A stretch of DNA of 64,000 bases, taken from Anthoceros angustus (lineage: Eukaryota; Plantae; Anthocerotophyta). Shown here one piece after another: positions 12,561 through 25,557 of the stretch; the stretch's first letter is position 1; each line of letters starts with the position of its first letter. Both the position numbers and the translations under genes were made by a program. Under the pieces are notes generated by a model, which saw only the letters and a program-made list of their open reading frames with translations, searched no databases and had not been told where the DNA came from. The stretch covers positions 1-64,000 of the forward strand of contig VJWM01000209.1 in the NCBI GenBank assembly GCA_010909165.1, written 5' to 3'.

Positions 12561-15500
12561 ACACGCGGTGGTTACGCAGGAGGAGGAATGGCGTCATCTT
12601 GAGATCCTCATCATCGATGGGTCTTCTTGTGCCTCTGCAATCGTAATCTCATTGGCGGCTTGAATCGGAGGCGTCAACTGTTCTTCCACAAAGCGCTTAC
12701 GTGCATCGAGTGAAAGCAGGATGTATGCCATCTGTCCGGCATCCATGTCATTGTAAGCTTCATGTTGGATAATTGAAAAGCGGTAACTTCGAAGTGTAGA
12801 GGAGTGAGATGTGTGAGTGCGAGCGCGAGTCTCCCGAGAAGCTTGAGCTTCTCTCCTCTCGAGTCCAAGCACGTTGATCAACATGAGGGGTCCTCAATTT
12901 GTTGGTCGAATGTAAGCGCGAGGCCATCCTACCACATGATGCCAGCATGGTGGAAAACTCGAAACCACTCTTTGAGAAAAATCAAGCGGCGGTATGTGTC
13001 TCCCGTCAACTCTGCGGCAACCTCATCCCATCAAACCATTGATGCATTTGGAAGTGATGCTGCAACTTCCTCCATGCACCCTCACATAACTTGTCGGTCC
13101 GGGGTAGCGCTTGTGACCCCGCTGGAGCTCAAACAAATCCGGTGTTCCGGGATAATGCTCCACCGGTTTCATGATGCTCCTCAACATCTGATGAAGATAT
13201 GAAGCTCATCATAACTTCGGTGGAATACCCGTTAGATCATCTTGGCGGAGTAGAAGATGCTCCACTTGCATCTTCATCATCCACAAATTGGGGTCCCATC
13301 CATCACGAAACTTGCTTGAATTGGCCTCATAGCACACCACAGAGGCACATTCTCCACTCCACGTCGCGAGACCTCCTCCATGGCTGTGATGAAAAGCCCT
13401 AGGTGCAACCACATCAGCACTGCGGAAAGCCGACAATCATGGTGTACACGGGCTGAGAGCGCTCAGTTGCCTTGGGAGGTGGGCGGTGTGCTCCAGCCTT
13501 TCTGCGGCGATCTTGGTGTTCTCCTGCTCGGCCGTGTCCGCTCCACTTGAGACCGTTCTCGACTCTTCTGGCTTTCCATGTTCGGATGCTTGCGTGATCG
13601 TCCCCTCTTGCGCTTGAGTGGCGGTGGCGCTTCCTCTCGACGCTTCACCCAGCGGATAGGGCAAGACTTTTCGCCTTCTCCTATGCACGTGTAAACGGGC
13701 GACCATGGCTCCTCCGGCTCCAAGCGTGAAACCACCTTTAGAAATACATGAGGAATTCTCAACGCAGCTTGGTTAGCTTGTGCATGCAAGGCTCGATATC
13801 CTTCCTCGTAGCTACCTGCCCCAATTTAGCTCCTTGTTTCGGAATTAGACCCTTGTCGGGCAGATCCTCTGTGCCTCATAATTCCTCTTTCACAATTCCT
13901 TGCACATGCGAGGCTTCTCAACAACTCTGTCGCCCCTTAGCATGCGGCATCCCATTTTAATTTGGCCCCAAGCATCTTGTGTCCTTCTTCATGCTGTCAC
14001 ATCAGCTTTTTTGACTTCCAACGTGTGTGAATTTAAGACAACATCGGTACCACCTTACATAAGAGCCACGTTCACACTTAGCACATTGATTGCTCACATA
14101 GCCATTCTCCTTGGAACCTTTGTCGGTCTTGGTTTGAGGCAAAGCGAGATGGTAACCACGGTTACACACATAGCAACATGAATTCTTAAATCGGTTGTGT
14201 GCCCACACTCCTCCGAACCGTCTGGTGGCGTCCAGTGCGAGGCCGCGATTCGTGTATCCGGATCGGGCAAATGGCATGGAGCCAAATGCTTCATGTGTTC
14301 CTTGCACCTTACGCCATCTCTTCCTTCAAGTTCAACCACACCTTGCTCACCAACTGGACAACTCTCAAATAAGCCTCCACTGTCGACATCTAACGTGCTT
14401 GCGGGCTGTCTGCAAGTACACATAATCTCGGATGCAAACTTGCGGGCTTTGGGCTTCCACGAGCCCCAGCGTATAAGCATACCTCGGTGGTCCGATCTTT
14501 GGGCCACCAAATTGTCCATAGCCATGGGAAGAATTCTTTGAAATACACTCGGCTTGAACATGCAACACATTTGCATCTTTGCTCCGATCAGGATGGAGTA
14601 AGTGTCCTTCACCACATTCGGCAACAACTGCGTTGCGAATAACAAAAAGTATGGTGAAACTTCCAAGAGCTGCTTGCACCGACACCCCCAACACGATGTA
14701 AGGAGCAATTCATCCCAACACTTGGGCTCCACGGATGTCTGATTTCCTTAGTGCATCCTTGAAGGTGCACTAGCCTTTTACGGGCCATCGGCTGTGGATG
14801 ATCCTCGATGTCCTCACATGATCAATGAGACTCACCTGTCTAGCAAGGTGCATTCACCTCGAAACTCGTTACCACAGTGCAGAGCACCTCCGCGACTCCC
14901 AAATCGGTGAGCACACCTGCGAGAAAAGCTCTGCTGGTGTAATGCGAGGTTCTCTGTAAGAACGCTACTTCAACCCACTTAGAGAAATGCTCAATCATGA
15001 CCATGCAATGTCGGTTACCTTGCTTTGTGAGAGGAAGCTCGCATAAGGTCAACCGACCATCTAAAGAATAGCCCCACGATTGGAGTGCAACACCACATCA
15101 CAGGTGTTAAATCTAGCTTTGATGCATCACATGCGACACTTAGCCACCACCTTCTCGACATCATACATCACGACCATCGTACTCTTCAACATGTGGTGTG
15201 TCCTCTTCACACCAAAGTGGCCAAGGGTTTCGTGCACCTTGGTCACTATGCCCACTCTTTCCTCGGGACTTGGTACTTTCCTTACGAGTTCTCCTTGATG
15301 TGACTCACCATCTTCCCATGAGTATCGGCCCGCGAGTTTAGCCAAGCTGCTTGATCATTCCGCATGCCTTCCTTGACAAGCCTGGCTTGAGGATGTCTCC
15401 AAACATCCAGCGGACTCTGTCGGCACATGTCCTTCTTCATGATCATCTATCCGCCATGAGTGCCATGAAGCTGGGTGCACCATCTATGTGCCCCTCATCT

Positions 15501-16761
15501 GTCGAGCTCTGTGACATCCTTGTCACTTTCCAGTGAGTTTCTTAGCCCATCGCATTGTGATGTACCTTGCCCGCCTGCACGATCTCCATATCGTACTCGA
15601 GCGCGCCCACACAGCTACCACTCAACTTCATGTTGGTCATCACCAATGAAGTGGGCGTGATCTGTGACCATTAACGCCTTCCATACAGATAGACCACGAA
15701 ATGCAGGCGCCCATCTGCAAGACACTCTCCCTCATATGAGGTAGTTCACTTGATGAGTTGTTAGATCGGCTTGCATAAGCTATCACTCGCTCAACACCAT
15801 CGCACCATGTTGTGACAACACGCTCCAATTCCATGATGCTCCGATGCGTGTCTGAGTGAAAGGGTGATCAAAATTCGGCTGGCGGCCATAGGCTTCTACT
15901 TGGCGGTCCAAGATCTTGCCAAGCCAACTCCGGTCTTGGTCCCATTTCCACACAATGTCTTTCTTCAAGTTCATACGAGGTTTACACGTGGGCGAGGTCC
16001 TTCATAAACCTCTGTAATAGTTCACCAAACCGGAAGGCTCTAAGAGCGGCTACATCCTTTGGTCTAGGCATTTGCATCACGGCTGCACCTTAGCCGGTGA
16101 GGCATGATGCCTCCTGGTACTATCTCATGCCCCGGATACTCGATCTGGAAAGCAAACTTGCATTTCTTAGGATGAGCTTTCAAACTGAGCTTGACCGACC
16201 TGTGCAATATCTCTAGATGCTCCATATGTTCTTGATTGTCTCACGAAGACCGGGATATCATCTATGTAACAACGCACAAATGGCCCTGCGACTCGATCCG
16301 CAATTCTTTGGAAATATATAGAAGCATTTTCATTAAGCGGCATTGTCTCCCACTCCCAAAGCTGGTCCTTCCCCAGGAAGTCTTGCACTTGTCCCGCTCT
16401 TCAATCACAATTTGGTTGAAGCTGGCGGAAGTCAAGGCGGTAAAGAACTTTGCCTTACCTATGGCATCGAAAATCTAAATGGAGTAGGCATGGGGTGCAG
16501 TTCCATAGGAGTCACCTCGTTTAGAGGTCGGTGATCCACACATCCTCCTGTCCTTCCATTCACCGTTCTCATCCTTCTTGGCGGTAGGCGGTCGCGGCAT
16601 ATTGAGAGCTTGATTTTCTTATCAACCCCGCTTGAACAACTCTTGGCGTTTGTCAACAATCTCCCATTCTGTGAGCGAGGCGGTGCCTCCTTGAAAAGGC
16701 TCTTCATGAGTCGTCACTACTTTGAACTTGATCTTCTCATACCGACTCCTTCCAGATGCAA

Positions 16762-19220
16762 AAGCACCCTTGTTTTTCTCAAGCATGTTGATGATTTTTG
16801 CTTATCTTCCGGGCTCACATCTTACGCAATGTGCCATACATGAACCTCTTCGTCACACTCTTGGTACGATTCGGTATCCACAGCCATCTTGAATCTCTCC
16901 AGACTCATCTTCCTGCCTTAGGAACCTCTTTATCCTGCGAGTTGGAGGAAGGCTTTCGCTTCCTTCGCAAGTTGGAACGCAAGCTGCTTACCACCACCTC
17001 GGTGTCTGGTCAAATGCCTCCAAGCATCCGCATCTTGCAGTTACGTGATGCCCATGGTGCAGTGTCCTTCTTGGCAAAGCCCATCGCTTGCTCGCGTTCC
17101 TCAACATTGAGCTCTCAAGCTCATTCCCTTCAAATCCGAATCACACCATCTCCTCCGTGAAGGCATAAGATTGCGGTGTGCTCACGAGTTGGCCATGCCC
17201 TTGGCTTCCCCTACTCGATTCACGGTAAAATGGCAACTTGTCCATCCTCTTCACTGTGAGCACCTTCCCAACTCTAGGATGTCATCCACAACCTTCCTTG
17301 GAGTCAAATTCTGTCTTGTCGAGCACCTCCGGTCCGACATTTGTCCGATGCTGACTGTGTGCATATGAGCCACACCGCACGCGTCCATGATCAACTCATT
17401 GCGAACCACGCCCGAATCTCTTCATACGGGGCCCTAACGGTGGGCGTTTGTCCATGGTCGCACACATTCTCGAATGTACCAACATCGTGGATTCGCAATC
17501 TGGACTTCTCGCGTGATTTGCGAGCTCGCCAACGAAACGCCTTCACCTTTGCCTCACTGCGAAAATGTCTTGCATTCCCATCCCGCGATCGGCATATCCA
17601 CGGCTTGACAAGGCTTCTAGCCGCTTCCCAACCAGTTCACGTCGTGCGGCAGCCTCGGACCTCGAGCGCTTCTCGCTCGAGTGTTGGATCGCTTGCGAAC
17701 ACGAGATTCGACCCTAGCGGCGCTCGAATCTTCTCATCCTTTTCCACGCAGTATATTGCCGTATCTTGACGCCACACGCACACGCTTCGGGCCGCTGATT
17801 CTGGCGAGCTCCAACAAATGGATGCCTTGACCCACCTTCCATCGTACTAGAGCATCGTCGATCGTCGATCTCCGACTTGGCGGGCCTCATACAGGATCGA
17901 CCTCTCGGGACATGTATGTGAGATTCCACGGTCGATCCTCCTTCCTTCATTGGTTTTCTCGAACCCTCGCTTGATCCAAATATTACGGCGCACAACCTTA
18001 AGCACCCTTGTTTTTCTCAAGCATGTTGATGATTTTCCGCTTATCTTCCGGGCTCACATCTTACGCAATGTGCCATACATGAACCTCTTCGTCACACTCT
18101 TGGTGACAGTGATCCACAGGCCATCAATCTCTCCCAGACTCATCTTCCTCGCCTTAGGAACCTCTTTATCCTGCAGTAGTTGGAGGAAGGCTTTCGCTTC
18201 CTTCAGTTGGAGCCAAGCTGCTTACCAGCCACCTCGATCCAGGTCAAATGCTCCAAGCATCCGCACCTCTTGCTCGTGATGCCCATGGTCCGAGTGTCCT
18301 TCTTGGCAAAGCCCATCGCTTGCTCGCGTTCCTCAACATTGAGCTCCAAGCTCATTCCCTTCAAATCCGAATCACACCATCTCCTCCCAGTCGAAGGCAT
18401 AAGATTGCGGTGTGCTCACGAGTTGGCCATGCCCTTGGCTTCCCCTACTCGATTCACGGTAAAATGGCAACTTGTCCATCCTCTTCACTGTGAGCACCTT
18501 CCCAACTCTAGGATGTCATCCACAACCTTCCGGAGTTGTCAAATTCTGTCTTGTCGAGCACCTCCCACATTTGTCCGATCGCTAAGCTGTGTGCATATGA
18601 GCCACACCGCACGCGTCCATGATCAACTCATTGCGAACCACGCCCGAATCTCTTCATACAGGCCCTAACTGGACGTTTGTCCATGGTCGCACACATTCTC
18701 GAATGTACCAACATCGTGGATTCGCAATCTGGACTTCTCGCGTGATTTGCGAGCTCGCCGCCAATGAAACGCCTTCACCTTTGCCTCACTGCCGAAAATG
18801 TCTTGCATTCCCATCCCGATCGATATCCACCGGGCTTGACAAGGCTTCTAGCCGCCGCTTCCCAACCAGTTCACGTCAGGGCAGCTCGCTCGCTGACCTC
18901 GCTTCTCGCTCGAGTGTTGGATCGCTTGCGAACACGAGATTCGACCCTAGCGACCGAATCTTCTCATCCTTTTCCACGCAGTATATTGCCGTATCTTGAC
19001 GCCACACCGCAACACCGCCTGTGCCAGGGCGAGCGAGCTCCAACAAATGGATGCCTTGACCCACCTTCCATCGTACTAGAGCATCGTCGATCGTCGATCT
19101 CCGACTTGGCGGGCCTCATACTCGGATCGTGACATGTGTCCGTGAGATTCCACGTCGATCCTCCTTCCTGGTTTTCTCGAACCCTCGCTTGATCCAAATA
19201 TTCGGCACAACCTTAAGCAC
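16762..19220. repeat. Internal tandem duplication in the Gypsy element (~1.24 kb x2)
   Basis: AGCACCCTTGTTTTTCTCAAGCATGTTGATG occurs at 16762 and 18001 with collinear downstream sequence. Confidence 0.9.
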
Positions 19221-19380
19221 ACCCTTACGCTCTCTTGGCTTGGCATCTCCGGAGAGGATAACTCCTGCGTTCCTCCCACATCTCATGTCGATGCTCACTC
19301 GAGCCATGGCAATCATGGCGCCTGTCATCCTCGTCCCTCTTGCCACCACTCCTATTCATCCTTAGAGGAATTCGCAACAT

Positions 19381-22300
19381 CGTGAAATCTCCTCTCCACC
19401 GTAATGGTCAGAGAAAGCTTGATGCAAGGGATCAACCCCATGGCGGGGCGGTGAGTTCCGTCCGACCCAAGACATCATATGTCTTTGCACCGTGACCAAA
19501 CATCTCACTTCAACGATCTGGCATCCTTCGTGCGAGCTTCAATTCAATCTTCACGGGCCTCCTCGTCATTCCCGGTACATTCCTTGGTACTGCAGGTGGT
19601 GATGTTCACGTCGCTCGAGCGAGCTTGTGTCCGTCTGACTTTAGTGCCTCCGTGCTCCAGCGATTGGATCCGCTCCGTGTCTACAAAGCGTTCTTTGGAG
19701 CATAGCCATCAAAGGTCACGTCCGTCCGTGTTATCAATCATGGCAACACCTCCTTCACCTCGCTCCTCGGCATCGGATGCTCGCCACACAAGCGGCCATA
19801 CTAGGAAGAGATCCTGCGGATTCAAGCTCCTTCTCGGCCATTCTCGCATGATGTTTTTGAAGTTGTTGCCCTTCACTCCCGGATCCACAAGACTTCTGCG
19901 AGGCACCTCCATGGCCTTGTCCAGCGCCTCAACGTCTCGACGATCTTGACACCTTCGTCGTGGAGTTTTCCTCGACCGGAAACTCTCGGCATCTTGGTCG
20001 ATTCCGTTCGGCACTCCCTTCGCGATGACGCCTTCACCAAAGTCAACAACACCTTTTCTTTTCTTGCGCACCGCCATCATGCCAAACGCCTCATCATCGC
20101 CAGTCGAGAACAAAATCCTGCCTGCTCACGCGCCATGTTGGCCATCTCCTTCTTGAGCTCCTCCACTTGCCCGAGGAGAGCCTTACGACTTGGGCCCTTG
20201 CCCTTCTCCTTCTCGGTGATGCAAGCTTGGGCTTCACTGGATGAGCTTCCCAACACGCTGCCTCCATGTGACCCCATCGCCACAAGACTTACAGCTTCTT
20301 GCCCTTGCCGGACCACAGCTTGTAGTCGCATTGACGCCTTGTGCGCTCCACGGCATCGCCACACTTCACGTACTTGACTGCATTGTTAGTGGCCTCTCCT
20401 TGGCACATGTGGTCTTGCCATGTCCCGAGGATCGTGCTCCCGATTGGATCCGCTCCGTGTCTACAAGTCGTTCTTTGGAGCATAGCCATCAAAGGTCACG
20501 TCCGTCCGTGTTATCAATCATGGCAACACCTCCTTCACCTCGCTCCTCGGCATCGGATGCCACACAAGCGGCCATACTAGGAAGAGATCCTGCGGATTCA
20601 AGCTCCTTTCTCAGCCATTCTCGCATGATGTTTTTGAAGTTGTTGCCCTTCACTCCCGGATCCACAAGACTTCTGCGAGGCACCTCCATGGCCTTGTCCG
20701 AACGCCTCAACGTCTCGACGATCTTGACACCTCGTATCGTGGAGTTTTCCTCGACCGGAAACTCTCGGCATCTTGGTCGATTCCGTTCCGGCACTCCCAG
20801 CGATGGCGCCTTCACCAAAGTCAACAACGACCTTTTCTTTTCTTGCGCACCGCCATCATGCCAAACGCCTCATCATCGCCAGTCGAGAACAAAATCCTGC
20901 GCCTACGCTGGCCATGTTGGCCATCTCCTTCTTGAGCTCCTCCACTTGCCCGAGGAGAGCCTTACGACTTGGGCCCTTGCCCTTCTCCTTCTCGGTGATG
21001 CAAGCTTGGGCTTCACTGGATGAGCTTCCCAACACGCTGCCTCCATGTGACCCCATCCGCCACAAGACTTACAGCTTCTTGCCCGCCGGACCACGGCTTG
21101 TAGTCGCATTCACGCCTTATGCGCTCCACGGCATCGCCACACTTCACGTACTTGACTGCATTGTTAGGCGGCCTCTCCTTGCACATGTGGCTTGCCATGT
21201 CACGAGGGATGCTTGCTCCGTCTTGGTACCTTGGAACAAACACAGAATTCCGTGTCCTCCGGACCCGTCTGCGAAGGGCCCTTCACGACTCGTGATCCTC
21301 CAAGTAAGCAGCTTCGCATCTCCTTTGAGCACCTTCTCGGCAATTTGATAGGCGTCTATCAAGCGATATCTCTCTCCCATCGCTCCATGCGTGAAATCTC
21401 CTCTCCACCGTAATGGTCTCTTGAGCGTGCAAGGGATCAACCCCATGGCGGTGAGTTCCGTCACCCGACAAGACATCATATGTCTTTGCACCGTGACCAA
21501 ACATCTCACTTCAACGATCTGGCATCCTTCGTGCGAGCTTCAATTCAATCTTCACGGGCCTCCTCGTCATTCCCGATGTTCCTTGGTACTGCAGAGGTGG
21601 TGATGTTCACGTCGCTCGGAGCGAGCTTGTGTCCGTCTGACTTTAGTGCCTCCACCGTGCTCCCAGTGATCGGATCCGCTCCGTGTCTACAAATCGTTCG
21701 GAGCATAGCCATCAAAGTCACGTCACGTCCGTGTTATCAATCATGGCAACACCTCCTTCACCTCGCTCCTCGGCATCGGATGCTCGCCACACAAGCGGCC
21801 ATACTAGGAAGAGATCCTGATTCAAGCTCCTTTCTCAGCCATTCTCGCATGATGTTTTTGAAGTTGTTGCCCTTCACTCCCGGATCCACAAGACTTCTGC
21901 AGGCACCTCCATGGCCTTGTCCAGAACGCCTCAACGTCTCGACGATCTTGACACCTTCGTGGAGTTTTCCTCGACCGGAAACTCTCCGGCATCTTGGTCG
22001 ATTCCGTTCGGCACTCCCAGCTGGCGCCTTCACCAAAGTCAACAACTCCTTTTCTTTTCTTGCGCGCCATCATGCCAAACGCCTCATCTTCGCCAGTCGA
22101 GAACAAAATCCTCTGCTCACGCGCCATGTTGGCCATCTCCTTCTTGAGCTCCTCCACTTGCCCGAGGAGAGCCTTACGACTTGGGCCCTTGCCCTTCTCC
22201 TTCTCGGTGATGCAAGCTTGGGCTTGACTCTGGATGAGCTTCCCACGCTGCCTCCATGTGACCCCATCGCCACAAGACTTACAGCTTCCTTGCCCTTCGG

Positions 22301-22600
22301 GACCACGGCTTGTAGTCGCATTGACGCCTTGTGCGCTCCACGGCATCGCCACACTTCACGGTTGACTGCATTGTTAGTGGCCTCTCCTTGGCACATGTGG
22401 TCTTGCCATGTCATCGAGGCGTGCTTGCTCCGATCTTGGTACCTTGGAACAAACACAGAATTCCGTGTCCTCCGGACCCGTCTGCGAAGGGCCCTTCACG
22501 ACTCGTGATCCTCCAAGTAAGCCAGCTTCGCATCTCCTTTGAGCACCTTCTCGGCAATTTGATAGGCGTCTATCAACGATATCTCTCCCATCGCTCCATG
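19381..22600. repeat. Internal tandem repeats of the gag segment (core present three times)
   Basis: CGTGAAATCTCCTCTCCACCGTAATGGTC at 19381 and 21390. The GGATCCGCTCCGTGTCTACAA block occurs at ~19666, 20447 and 21672. Confidence 0.9.
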
Positions 22601-23029
22601 CGGCGAGTCCATCACCTTCCTTCTTTGTCGGCAATGCGCCATGAAGATCTCGGCCTCCTCATCGTCTTGACATCCGTGTCTTCCACGGAACCTTCAATCG
22701 AGGTAAGATGCACGCAATGTCTCGTTAGGCTGAAAGAAAACCTCGACATTCTGGATCTTTTCAGTATAGGAAACATGGTGGTTAACTTGGCGAACATCAA
22801 GTCCACGGATGCTCGAGCTTGTCCTCGTCGATGGGGGTGCGGTCGAACCAGCCCTCTTGGCGCCTCGTGCGCTTCTCTTCTCTCGGCCACCTTGGGATCC
22901 CAGCCTTCTCATCTCTGTAATACATTAGAGCCTCACCGCAAGGTAGGATGACATCTTCATGAACGCCATCCTCCAGTGAACTCGTCCTTGTATTTCATCT
23001 TGTTTTCCGCCATTGCCCAACGAAACTTC

Positions 23030-24160
23030 TCCTCGAAATGCAAGAGACATGCTTCCATGTTTTCCTGTGAAGACATCGTTCTTACTTGGTGTGAACTCAA
23101 GCTCCATTCTTGCAGACTCTCCGCTCCAATCAGCTGTCTCCTTGTATGGGCGTTGTCTCTGTTCGGTGTCCTCTTGAATGGCGAGTAGTAGGCGTCGTGC
23201 ACTTCTCCGTGAAAGGCGCGGTGTCCTTTCGTCGATCCACCACGATCTCGGGAACACCATCAATGGTTACTTCTCCTATGCGACCCTTTGCGGATGTTGT
23301 CAAAGGCAAATTGTTCCACCGTTAGCCCAACTAGCGAAAAGTACATCCACGCCTCTATCCACAAGCGGCTCCACGTATGCGGGCTCTTCTCCGATTAACT
23401 AACTCAGCAATCGTGAGACTACCACACCTAAGCATGTATAATCAATGGCGAAATTCACATCCCGAAAAACATCGCCTATCTCTTAGTTGCCTTCGCAACA
23501 CTCAACCTTCTCGGATCGCGGTGTCTCACAGGTTGGATGGTGGGCGACTTCCGCCTCTTCCTCCAATCTCCGGTAGCGCCCCAGTCTCCTCGAAATGCAA
23601 GAGACATGCTTCCATGTTTTCTGTGAAGACATCGTTCTTACTTGGTGTGAACTCAAGCTCCATTCTTGCAGACTCTCCGCCCAATCGAACTGTCTCCGGA
23701 TCGGGCGCGTTGTCTCGTATTGTTCGGTGTCCTCTTGAATGGCGAGTAGTAGACGCCGTGCACTTCTCCGTGAAGACGCGCAGTGTCCTTTTCGTCACCC
23801 ACCACGATCTCGTGAACACCATCAATGGTTACTTCTCCTATGCACCACCGCATTTGGATGTTGTGGCAAATTGTTCCACCGTTAGCCCAACCAGCTAGCC
23901 AGAAAAGTACATCCACTGCCTCTATCCACAAACGGCTCCAGACGTATGCAGGCTCTTCTCCAGACAGTTCTGCTAACTCAGCAATCGTGAGACTACCACA
24001 CCTAAGCTGTATAATCAATGGCAGAATTCCTGTCCATTAGAAAAACATCAGCCTATCTCTTAGTGCTGCCTTCTGCAACACCCAACCTTCTCGGATCGCA
24101 GCTGTCTCCTGGGTTGGATGGTGGACGACTTTCGCCTCTTCCTCCAATCTCCAGCACGCC
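23030..24160. repeat. Internal tandem duplication in the gag 5' region (~560 bp x2)
   Basis: TCCTCGAAATGCAAGAGACATGC occurs at ~23030 and ~23587. Confidence 0.85.
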
Positions 24161-24207
24161 TCTCCTCCAAGATCAGTATCTTAGTCCCCAACAAGGAGGA
24201 TTGTTGA

Positions 24208-24903
24208 TGTGGTGAAATCAAGATGGAAAATTCTCCCAACGTAATGCAACGAACCACAAGAACCTCTAGGAGACAAAGACACGAGGACAAGTATGGCTGT
24301 CTATTAGAACAAGACAAACATCAACAATCCAAGAATCCATGGCTGGGTGCCTACATATATAGGCAAAACCCCCCAGGAGTTCTCGATGAAGTGTCCACCC
24401 GTATCGATGGTGGGCACTTTATAATCCTACTTTCCTTGGCCTTCGAAATAATAATATTTTATGTGTTTAACAGCCTATTCGTCCTTTTCCTTGATTTACG
24501 ATTTTTATGTATTTTCTAATATAAATCTGCTATCTATATATGCGTCATAGCATCGCGCCTTACATGCACAACCATGCATATAGATTGCATGCGCCATGAC
24601 ACATCACCTGCCACATGTCCACATACATCACATGTCATCCTTCATCTCCATACGCATGCATGCATACATGGCACACATGCATACATGGCACACATGCATA
24701 CATGGCATACATGTCATGTGCAGGCCATCCATGGGCCATGTACATGACATCATCAAGCACTTCAGTATCAGGGCTTATGCCCGAGATGCTCCAGTCAGTA
24801 TCTAGTTCATTTCAGGATTCAGGGCTTATGCCCAGGATGCTCTAGTCAGTATCCAGTCATAGAGTCTTAGGTGCTCTGTTTCCCATACAGCAACAGCATG
24901 ACA
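24208..24903 (-). repeat. 5' LTR of the Gypsy element (TGTCATG...CA), with TATA at ~24355-24361 and ATGCAT/ACATG microsatellite-like tracts
   Basis: On the minus strand it begins TGTCATGCTG at 24903 and ends ...TTTCACCA(CA) at 24208-24210, directly upstream of gag. Boundaries cannot be confirmed without a second LTR. Confidence 0.6.
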
Positions 24904-25322
24904 CGCACCTTGCTGCGGGTAGCCACCCCTCCTGCCATCGCCATCACCTGCACATGTACCAACCACCAAGTTGTCAGGATCGCGTTTCGTGAAGTTTGAG
25001 GAAGAAGGGGTATTACCCATTATCCTTTTGTTTTTCCTTTTCGGAAATTAGGGTATTTTCTGGATTTCCCCTATATATAAATTCCATTAAATACTTTTAA
25101 TTAGTTTTAATTCCACCTATTTACTGAAGTTGGATCATTAGTTTCTCATCTCAGTTCTTCTTAAGTGGGAGTTATTTTAATAGTGATTATTACTTTCAGT
25201 TTTTACCTTAAGTTTTACTTTATGCCTTTAAGTAAAGTTTAGTTAGGGACTAGTTTTACTAGACTAGTTTTTCCTAGACCTCTTTTTGGTGAAAATCACC
25301 CCTAGTTCATAGTGAGTGGGAG

Positions 25323-25557
25323 TGATAAAATAGCTTACTATTAGGGCACTCTTCACTAGGGCACCTAGGACTTAATAATTAATTTAGTCCTTAGGGCTCT
25401 AGGTAGTTTCTTTTAGTAGTTATTTTAATTGGTTAGTTGTTACAACCACTTATTGGTTACAACTACCTTGCCTACATAAAGGCATGTACTTTCTATTATG
25501 AATGTAATGCAACACATATTGCTTGAGCTTGTGTATGATTCTCATCAGTCCTTACCA
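25323..25557 (+). repeat. Copia 3' LTR (TG...CA) preceded by polypurine tract AGTGAGTGGGAG
   Basis: PPT at 25311-25322, then TGATAAAATAGCTTACTATTAGGGCAC, which matches 9860. It ends ...CTTACCA at 25557. Confidence 0.7.

Larger units (their letters stand above)
12590..24903 (-). mobile_element. Ty3/Gypsy LTR retrotransposon, degenerate, no 3' LTR found; order gag-(PR)-RT-RH-INT-PHD
   Basis: Gag zinc knuckle CKSCGGWGHMEAAC (~21030-21075); RT CVDHRPLNEVT and CYIDDI (16250-16560); RH ERVIAYASRSNN (~15770); INT VHETLGHFGVKRT (~15220) and MIEHFSKWVEVA (~14980). The RT-RH-INT order is Gypsy-type. Confidence 0.9.
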
